This document shows, in pieces, positions 58,263-64,000 of a DNA stretch of 64,000 nt. The notes under the pieces are model-generated. The model did no database searches and had not been told where the DNA came from. It saw nothing but the letters and a program-made list of their open reading frames with translations. Numbering within the stretch: position 1 is the first letter of the stretch; each line of letters opens with the position of its first letter. Source of the stretch: a virus. The DNA lies in the IMG/VR virus record IMGVR_UViG_3300037249_000310, positions 3,997 through 67,996 of that record. One strand, given 5' to 3'. The position numbers and the translations under genes are program-made.

Positions 58263-58508
58263 ATTCATCTCATATTCATAACAGTTAATTTTATTTATAT
58301 AGGTAATATGGTCATATCATATAATATGATGTGATGTGAGTAATATTCATCTCATATTCATAACAGTTAATTTTATTTATATAGGTAATATGGTCATATC
58401 ATATAATATGATGTGATGTGAGTAATATTCATCTCATATTCATAACAGTTAATTTTATTTATATAGGTAATATGGTCATATCATATAATATGATGTGATG
58501 TGAGTAAT
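58263..58508 (-). repeat. three perfect 82-bp tandem units carrying the 33-bp core in inverted orientation
   Basis: Units at 58263, 58345 and 58427; cores at 58309, 58391 and 58473 are near-exact reverse complements of the 57725 family. Confidence 0.95.
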
Positions 58509-58542
58509 AGAAGTAGATACTTCATTATATGCCTGCTTCATG

Positions 58543-58600
58543 CATGCAGTAATGCAGAAAAATTTAAGGTTTTATATAGTAAAGAAATATGATATAATAT
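58543..58600 (+). promoter_or_regulatory. early/middle promoter motif, copy 4
   Basis: CATGCAGTAATGCAG...GGTTTTATATAGT...TGATATATAAT. Confidence 0.65.
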
Positions 58601-58654
58601 TAATATAAGAATAAGGGATACAGCGAAAAGCTGCATACCAAGGAGGAATCAAAA

Positions 58655-58888
58655 ATGATAAAGATTGAAGCAAACACAGTAGATAAGCAGGTAGAATCTG
58701 AGGTGTCTGTAGCTGGTAACAGAGAAGACATTACGCAGGAGCTTGCTGTAGCAACTGCACAGGTGCTCACAAACATTGAGCTGGTAACTGCTGATACATC
58801 AGTAGATGCTGCACTGGATATTGTAGCAGACTTTAGCTACGACATCCTTGAGAGACTCAAGCAAATCTTACACTTACAGGAGGACTAA
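58655..58888 (+). CDS. hypothetical acidic protein
   Basis: AAGGAGG RBS; first gene after the promoter. Confidence 0.75.
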   Translation: MIKIEANTVDKQVESEVSVAGNREDITQELAVATAQVLTNIELVTADTSVDAALDIVADFSYDILERLKQILHLQED

Positions 58889-58889
58889 A

Positions 58890-59096
58890 ATGGAAGTAAT
58901 TAAGCGAGGTAAAACAAAAAAGTAGCTCAAAGCTATTCTCAATAGAACCAAGTGCTTTAATTGTAGAACTTGCGGCTGCATATTTAAGGCCGACAAAGAT
59001 GAGTATACGGTTGTCTACGCTTATGACTGTAACAGCTACTATTATTGTAACTGCCCAAACTGTGGTACGCCCGTTTACAAGGCTACAAGCAAGTAA
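58890..59096 (+). pseudogene. Zn-ribbon protein interrupted by an in-frame TAG at 58923
   Basis: MEVIKRGKTKK*LKAILNRTKCFNCRTCGCIFKADKDEY...CPNCG; AGGAGG RBS. Confidence 0.7.
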
Positions 59097-59126
59097 GTTC
59101 AGTAGATATGAACAGGAGGACTAAAT

Positions 59127-59276
59127 ATGTCACACAGAGATTTCAGTAGAGGCTACATAATCGGTAGTAACCTCAACAACAGAAGAAAGCCACCAAAGAA
59201 GGACTCAGGCCTGGGCTGCATGTTCTGGGTAGTGGCTGCATTCTTCATATTCGCTGCCTTAACAAGGAGGGGATAA
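59127..59276 (+). CDS. 49-aa membrane peptide (not in ORF track)
   Basis: MSHRDFSRGYIIG...GCMFWVVAAFFIFAALTRRG; AGGAGG RBS. Confidence 0.65.
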   Translation: MSHRDFSRGYIIGSNLNNRRKPPKKDSGLGCMFWVVAAFFIFAALTRRG

Positions 59277-59277
59277 T

Positions 59278-59511
59278 ATGGAGCTATCAGTAGATGACTA
59301 CATCAAGCAGCTAAAGGACAGTAGACAGCTTGATATTGACAGAGCAGCAATACAGCTTAGTTCATCAGCCATCATGTATCTTGAAAGTGAAATAGAGTCC
59401 ACCGACGGGCTCATCAGTTTATTGGAAGAGCTCAAGGAGAGAAGAACCATAATGGCAGCCTTCACTAAGGTAGTCAAACAAGAAAGGGAGAAGAACAATG
59501 AAAATTCTTGA
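59278..59511 (+). CDS. hypothetical protein
   Basis: AAGGAGGG RBS; ORF in the operon. Confidence 0.7.
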   Translation: MELSVDDYIKQLKDSRQLDIDRAAIQLSSSAIMYLESEIESTDGLISLLEELKERRTIMAAFTKVVKQEREKNNENS

Positions 59512-60214
59512 ATTAAACGTTAACGAAGAGTCTAATGTAGTAGGTGCTGAGCGCACAGTAGCAGTGTGCATAAACTCAGTAGTATCAGTAGAGCAGGCAA
59601 ACTCAAAGATAATTGTAACCTGCCTGTTCGGCGCAAGGCTCACTAAATACACAGAGCACTTCGACTCATGGCAGGCTGCACAGATGAGATACGAAGAGCT
59701 GCTGCGGGCAATATCTGATAAGTCAGTAGTGCTTGATAAGCCACAGGTATCAGTAGATAACACACCTACAACGGATGCTGGCATGGCTGCCGCACTCATG
59801 AGATGCTCAGTAGAAATTACGAATAGCCCAAACATCCCAGCACAGGTCTTCTGCGAATACTCGGGTCATGTAAAGTGCTTAGTAGTTAATGTGTACATAC
59901 CAGGTTGGTCCCCGAACGCAGAGCCTGACTTCCACTACGATTCACAGGAAGGTTACCGCTTCAATGACGTATACAAAGATACCTACACAGTCCATGAGCC
60001 AGCAGATATGCTGTGGATTCTGCAGCGCATGATCGCCGGCGCCAAGGATGGTGTAGAAGCATCAACAGAAGAGGTAGTCAACGGAGACTATGCAACAATG
60101 ATAGCCAGTGACTACGAGGACTACAAAAGTGAGAATAAACCGGCTCGCCTGTATGCAGACGGTGATGTGTATGTAAAGCAGCCACAGACAGTAGATAAGG
60201 AGGAGCAGAAATGA
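59498..60214 (+). CDS. hypothetical protein
   Basis: Overlapping ORF with RBS. Confidence 0.75.
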   Translation: MKILELNVNEESNVVGAERTVAVCINSVVSVEQANSKIIVTCLFGARLTKYTEHFDSWQAAQMRYEELLRAISDKSVVLDKPQVSVDNTPTTDAGMAAALMRCSVEITNSPNIPAQVFCEYSGHVKCLVVNVYIPGWSPNAEPDFHYDSQEGYRFNDVYKDTYTVHEPADMLWILQRMIAGAKDGVEASTEEVVNGDYATMIASDYEDYKSENKPARLYADGDVYVKQPQTVDKEEQK

Positions 60215-60435
60215 AAAGAAGAAAGACCCCAAACAAATATGCGCCCCAGCACACAAGCCGCTCGAGCCGCTCGAAGTTTAATTGGTGCAAGCTTGGTAGA
60301 TTAACGGCAGCCATATTGCTGCTCCCAGCCTTTGTAACTGCCTTATGTACAGTTCAGCATAACATGCGAATAATGGTACCTGCAATCATAATTGCTTTAT
60401 GGTGTGAGTACCGCTTGGGATTCCTGAGATACTAA
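60211..60435 (+). CDS. basic membrane protein (2 TM)
   Basis: Basic N-terminus, two hydrophobic segments, AAGGAGG RBS. Confidence 0.65.
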   Translation: MKRRKTPNKYAPQHTSRSSRSKFNWCKLGRLTAAILLLPAFVTALCTVQHNMRIMVPAIIIALWCEYRLGFLRY

Positions 60436-60463
60436 TCAACACAAACAATTCAACAGTAGACAC

Positions 60464-60490
60464 AAGACCGCTTCGGCGGTCTTTTTTTTT
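60464..60490 (+). terminator. intrinsic terminator (plus-strand operon)
   Basis: AAGACCGC-TTCG-GCGGTCTT followed by a T-run. Confidence 0.9.
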
Positions 60491-60500
60491 ACCCCCCACA

Positions 60501-60636
60501 TTAGCTCAAAAATTTGTCAGTAGGTAACTCCTGGTCGCCGGACTGCTGCCGACAAAAATTTAGGCCTCAGATCCAAAAGTGCACACATGCAACAATCCAT
60601 CCTTGCTTAGCTCAAAAATTTGTCAGTAGGTAACTC
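60501..60636 (+). repeat. two identical 30-mers TTAGCTCAAAAATTTGTCAGTAGGTAACTC within degenerate 106-bp units
   Basis: Copies at 60501-60530 and 60607-60636. Confidence 0.9.
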
Positions 60637-60731
60637 TCCGCCGGCCAACCTCACAGTAGCAAAAATTAAGGCTGCACCACCGGAACGCACATATGCAAAT
60701 CCAGCAGTGCAGCCGTATGTCAAATGGGTAT

Positions 60732-60756
60732 AAAAAAAGACCGCCGAAGCGGTCTT
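60732..60756 (-). terminator. intrinsic terminator (minus-strand operon)
   Basis: Reverse complement of the 60464 terminator hairpin with an A-run. Confidence 0.9.
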
Positions 60757-60776
60757 AATTCAATCAGTAGTTCTAA

Positions 60777-61010
60777 TCAGTCAACCACTGAGCAGTAGTC
60801 TTCAGGTGGCTGTATCTCAGGTGGAACGTCAACGATATCATACTGAACGTCACAGTCAACATCAACTGTCATATCTATCTTGTCGTCACAGTAGTCAGAC
60901 TCAACTTTGTTGCGAGCCCACTCAACAGCAGTCTCAGTATCCATTCCACCAGGAACTTCAACCTCAACCAGCTTAGTAGTTATCTCGGTTACATTAAACA
61001 ATACCTTCAT
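60777..61010 (-). CDS. DpnD/PcfM-like small acidic protein
   Basis: FNVTEITTKLVEVE...A......Y...I pattern; AAGGAG RBS before ATG 61010. Confidence 0.55.
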   Translation of the reverse strand: MKVLFNVTEITTKLVEVEVPGGMDTETAVEWARNKVESDYCDDKIDMTVDVDCDVQYDIVDVPPEIQPPEDYCSVVD

Positions 61011-61011
61011 A

Positions 61012-61623
61012 TCACTTGTCCTCCTTATTACCTGCTTCTTCACATGAAGGCTGTATGCAATCAGCAAACTTAAGGTCTTTAAATGATGGTGCATAGATAT
61101 CCATGACGTCACGTAAGAGTACATTAAGCATGAAGATATCAATATCACGAATGAATTCGCAGACTGCCAGCATATTCAGCCAGCCGAGTGGTGTGATGAC
61201 AGCCTTCTTGTTTGCTGCCATATTAGTCACTGTTATGAAGTATTCAACACGGACTTTTGCTTTACGAATGTTTGCTATTTTATTTCTGTCATCTTCAGTC
61301 AGTGGACCATCAAGCGATTTAATATCTCTGATTTCCTGCTGAGCTGCATCTCTTATCATAGACAGGTCTTCAGCAATTTCAAGATACTTTGCACGAGTAG
61401 CATCGTAATTCTGGAGCTCAGCATTGAACTCCAGATTACCCTCTTCAGTAACGTGCCAGTAGTTGACAGTTGCAGTTGCCCAACCATATTGGCATGCATT
61501 GTCTGATATCTCAGCTTCAGTAGCTGACTCATTGACCTGATGTACTTCATCGTACAGATGGCACAGTACATTGTTGTTTGCAGATGTGCTGAGTATATCA
61601 GCGACAGTAAACTTCTTTTCCAT
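61012..61623 (-). CDS. hypothetical protein
   Basis: GGAGGT RBS; ORF in the minus-strand operon. Confidence 0.75.
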   Translation of the reverse strand: MEKKFTVADILSTSANNNVLCHLYDEVHQVNESATEAEISDNACQYGWATATVNYWHVTEEGNLEFNAELQNYDATRAKYLEIAEDLSMIRDAAQQEIRDIKSLDGPLTEDDRNKIANIRKAKVRVEYFITVTNMAANKKAVITPLGWLNMLAVCEFIRDIDIFMLNVLLRDVMDIYAPSFKDLKFADCIQPSCEEAGNKEDK

Positions 61624-61644
61624 ATTCACTTACCTCCGTAATTG

Positions 61645-62040
61645 TTAGGCTTTTATGCCAATGTCATTGAGCTGCTCAAGCAGCAGTCTTGTTAAATCAG
61701 CAAGATACAGACCAAACGGTTTGTCTGATATGTCAGGGCATTTGCTGAACCACTTGTATATAGCCTCGTTATCGAGTTCAAGCAGATAGCAAAGAAACAT
61801 TGTGTGAGTGAGCAGTTCAAGCCAGACCCCACTGCCAAGCGTCGACATCTGTCCAACACTTGTTGTGTCAAGCACAGGGTGGGTAGAACTTTTGTACAGC
61901 TCAAGCTGTGTTTTGACCAATACTTTTGTACTGAATGCCAGCATATTATCATACTCAAGCAGTACTGGAAGCTGCTTATAGACATTCCACAGTGCAGTGG
62001 AAATGCTAAGTTTGAGTATGATAGCACGAACGTCTTCCAT
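61645..62040 (-). CDS. hypothetical protein
   Basis: AAAGGA RBS; ORF in the minus-strand operon. Confidence 0.65.
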   Translation of the reverse strand: MEDVRAIILKLSISTALWNVYKQLPVLLEYDNMLAFSTKVLVKTQLELYKSSTHPVLDTTSVGQMSTLGSGVWLELLTHTMFLCYLLELDNEAIYKWFSKCPDISDKPFGLYLADLTRLLLEQLNDIGIKA

Positions 62041-62163
62041 TAAGACCATCCTTTCAAAAAAGTTACTAAATTGCTTCCAAGTTTAACGCTAAGCCCGCCG
62101 GCGGTCGGTCTCGCTCGAGCTCAAGCGTTAAACCTGTTGCATTGGTTGCGGCGGCCAGTAGTC

Positions 62164-62904
62164 TCAGACTGCTGGTGCTTTCTTGAGAAGCTCTTCAAGC
62201 TGCTCAGCAGACAGACTCTGCAGATATGCAGTTATCTGTGAATCAGTGACAACCGTGTCAGTAGATTTAACACGTGGTGTAGTACCACGCATCTCATTGA
62301 GACGCTTGATTTCAGCTTCAATCTCGTCAATCTGTTTAGCGAGCTCAGGACTGTCGATACCCGCTGCAACTACAGTACGGTATGCCTGATTGAGGCGGCA
62401 CTTCTTCGACTGCAGTGACTTAATCTTCTTCGTGATTTCATCTCTGTCAGTAGACTCGAAGTCGCCGAGCTGACCGGACGACGGTGCTTTGTATGCCTTG
62501 CCTGCTGCAGCTCTGATGACCAGTTCTGCAACCCACGCTGAGATGTATCTACGGATATTGTCGAGTGTAGTCAGTCCACTCTTCTTGGCCTTCGATCTGT
62601 CACTTCTTCTGGACTCGAGCAGTCTGCTGAGTTCATCATCAGTAGCTCCGTCGAGCATGGACTTATCAGGCACTTTGATTGCCTTGTCTACGAATGCCTC
62701 AAGTGCTGCGTGGTCGCCGGACTGAACAGCTGCTGCGAGCTTGCCGATTTCTGGGTCCTCGGATGCGAGCTTGATTGCATCAAGTGCGAGTGTGTTGCAG
62801 GCGCTGATGAGTTCCTGAGAACCCGGGATGGTGCGGCCAGTAGCCTTCTCAGCGATTGTGCCTGTGAATGTGAAGCCGATAGTTTCTTTCTTAGTGTTAG
62901 CCAT
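62164..62904 (-). CDS. hypothetical helical/basic protein, probably highly expressed
   Basis: GGAAAGG RBS before ATG 62904; biased codons; coiled-coil segments. Confidence 0.8.
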   Translation of the reverse strand: MANTKKETIGFTFTGTIAEKATGRTIPGSQELISACNTLALDAIKLASEDPEIGKLAAAVQSGDHAALEAFVDKAIKVPDKSMLDGATDDELSRLLESRRSDRSKAKKSGLTTLDNIRRYISAWVAELVIRAAAGKAYKAPSSGQLGDFESTDRDEITKKIKSLQSKKCRLNQAYRTVVAAGIDSPELAKQIDEIEAEIKRLNEMRGTTPRVKSTDTVVTDSQITAYLQSLSAEQLEELLKKAPAV

Positions 62905-63019
62905 TTTATAGCCTTTCCGTGCTACATTGCCCAAGGTAGCACTTGGTCATGCGACCCTGAAATTTATAGATTTTTGCGGGCATGGGCCGGTACCGTTTAA
63001 CGTACGACCGGCCAGAACG

Positions 63020-63313
63020 TCAGGCACTTGCAGCCTGCATCATATTACCATATGCACTCAGCAGTTCTGCCAACCAGTTAGGTGGCAGTTTGTCGGCTAC
63101 TGCTGGATAACCATTGACTATTGCCTGCAGCTTTTCCAGCTTTATGCTGTATACTGTCGCGAATCCTTCATCTTCAAAGATTATAGGACGGACCTCATCG
63201 TACAGTGACTGGCAAGCATTAACAAAATCCAGGTCATCTATCCAGCTATAAACCCATATAGCAGCTTCCAGTAAGTTCAGGACAGCCTGGATAGTCTTGA
63301 GCATAGTATCCAT
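63020..63313 (-). CDS. hypothetical protein
   Basis: AGAAAGGAG RBS. Confidence 0.7.
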   Translation of the reverse strand: MDTMLKTIQAVLNLLEAAIWVYSWIDDLDFVNACQSLYDEVRPIIFEDEGFATVYSIKLEKLQAIVNGYPAVADKLPPNWLAELLSAYGNMMQAASA

Positions 63314-63367
63314 TAATACTACTCCTTTCTAATATTAAATTGTACTGTGATTTTGCTTGACAGTAGA

Positions 63368-63697
63368 TTAGTAGGCTGCAATGACTGCGGCTACGGCATC
63401 TCTGAACTCAGCATACTCGTGCTCGAGCTTATGCTGCTCTTTGAGGGAATCCAGCATTACGAGCAGGTCTGTGATAGTCATCTCGTCATCATCAGCACCA
63501 GTGCCAAGTAACAGTACACAGCCACCTTCACTGCCGTCAATAACATGTTCGATAGTTTCTGTCATGCAGTGTACGCCATTGTAAAGTCTCTTGAAGTCGT
63601 CATCGTCTGTGATGAAGTTAGAGCGGTACATAACAGCTTCCATTACGTCTGCAGTAGCTACCTCGAGGTTTCTGATTGCGATTTCGAATTTGTCCAT
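63368..63697 (-). CDS. hypothetical acidic protein
   Basis: GGAGGG RBS before ATG 63697. Confidence 0.7.
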   Translation of the reverse strand: MDKFEIAIRNLEVATADVMEAVMYRSNFITDDDDFKRLYNGVHCMTETIEHVIDGSEGGCVLLLGTGADDDEMTITDLLVMLDSLKEQHKLEHEYAEFRDAVAAVIAAY

Positions 63698-63782
63698 GAT
63701 TAGACCCTCCATGTATAATATTAAATTTTTAGAATTAGACTACTCTCACTCGCCTATTATTCTCTGTTAGTATGATGATTTG

Positions 63783-64000
63783 AATCATCAATATTATTAT
63801 ATCATATTATTATTCTAATTAAAATCTTAAATTTCTTTAGATTTTATAGAATTCAATATAATATAATGATTTTAATCATCAATATTATTATATCATATTA
63901 TTATTCTAATTAAAATCTTAAATTTCTTTAGATTTTATAGAATTCAATATAATATAATGATTTTAATCATCAATATTATTATATCATATTATTATTCTAA
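63783..64000 (-). repeat. 91-bp AT-rich tandem repeat, each unit containing a minus-strand promoter-like motif; runs off the window
   Basis: Units start at 63783, 63874 and 63965; the minus strand reads TTTAAGATTTTAATTAG...TGATATAAT. Confidence 0.88.

Noticed and set aside
57725-58508. CRISPR array (33-bp repeats at 82-92-bp period)
   Set aside because: The intervening sequences are copies of each other rather than unique spacers, orientation flips mid-array, and no cas genes are present.
60501-60636. Mini-CRISPR array (two identical 30-mers)
   Set aside because: The 76-nt gap is too long and partly resembles the sequence after the second copy; the repeat lacks CRISPR-like ends.
1-64000. 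Genome-wide TAG stop-codon recoding
   Set aside because: Coding density is high under the standard code, several genes end cleanly in TAG, only one in-frame amber was found and there is no CTA-anticodon tRNA.
1-64000. Prophage or lysogeny module
   Set aside because: No integrase, recombinase or CI-like repressor and no host flanking genes are recognisable; such genes could still lie outside the window.

Overview
The window is most or all of a ~64 kb tailed dsDNA phage genome (siphovirus-like). The host is probably a spore-forming Firmicute of the Clostridia; this is inferred from AGGAGG-type RBSs, a GH25 endolysin and SpoIIID-, SleB- and sporulation-sigma-like genes. Plus strand 838-35253 carries packaging, head, tail and lysis genes: terS-like, HNH, a GT2 glycosyltransferase, terL, portal, protease, capsid, tail tube, a -1 frameshifted chaperone, a 3841-aa tape measure, two LRR-bearing tail-tip proteins, holins and endolysin. 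Plus strand 35877-60435 carries tRNA-Leu, an odd tRNA-like element and a self-contained replication and nucleotide module: SNF2 helicase, VRR-NUC, sigma factor, ATP ligase, RNase H, a DnaG-primase/MCM-helicase fusion, YqaJ, dUTPase, divergent ThyX, kinase, dCMP deaminase, PolA and YhaM. Minus-strand genes of unknown function occupy 60777-63697 and 51-590. No integrase, repressor, CRISPR array or reverse transcriptase is recognisable. The most notable non-coding features are an ~800-bp inverted-iteron structure around an AT-rich core (candidate origin), two recurring promoter motifs, a terminator-insulated repeat cassette and a strongly over-represented heptamer CAGTAGA. All protein assignments come from motif recognition by eye; no database searches were run.
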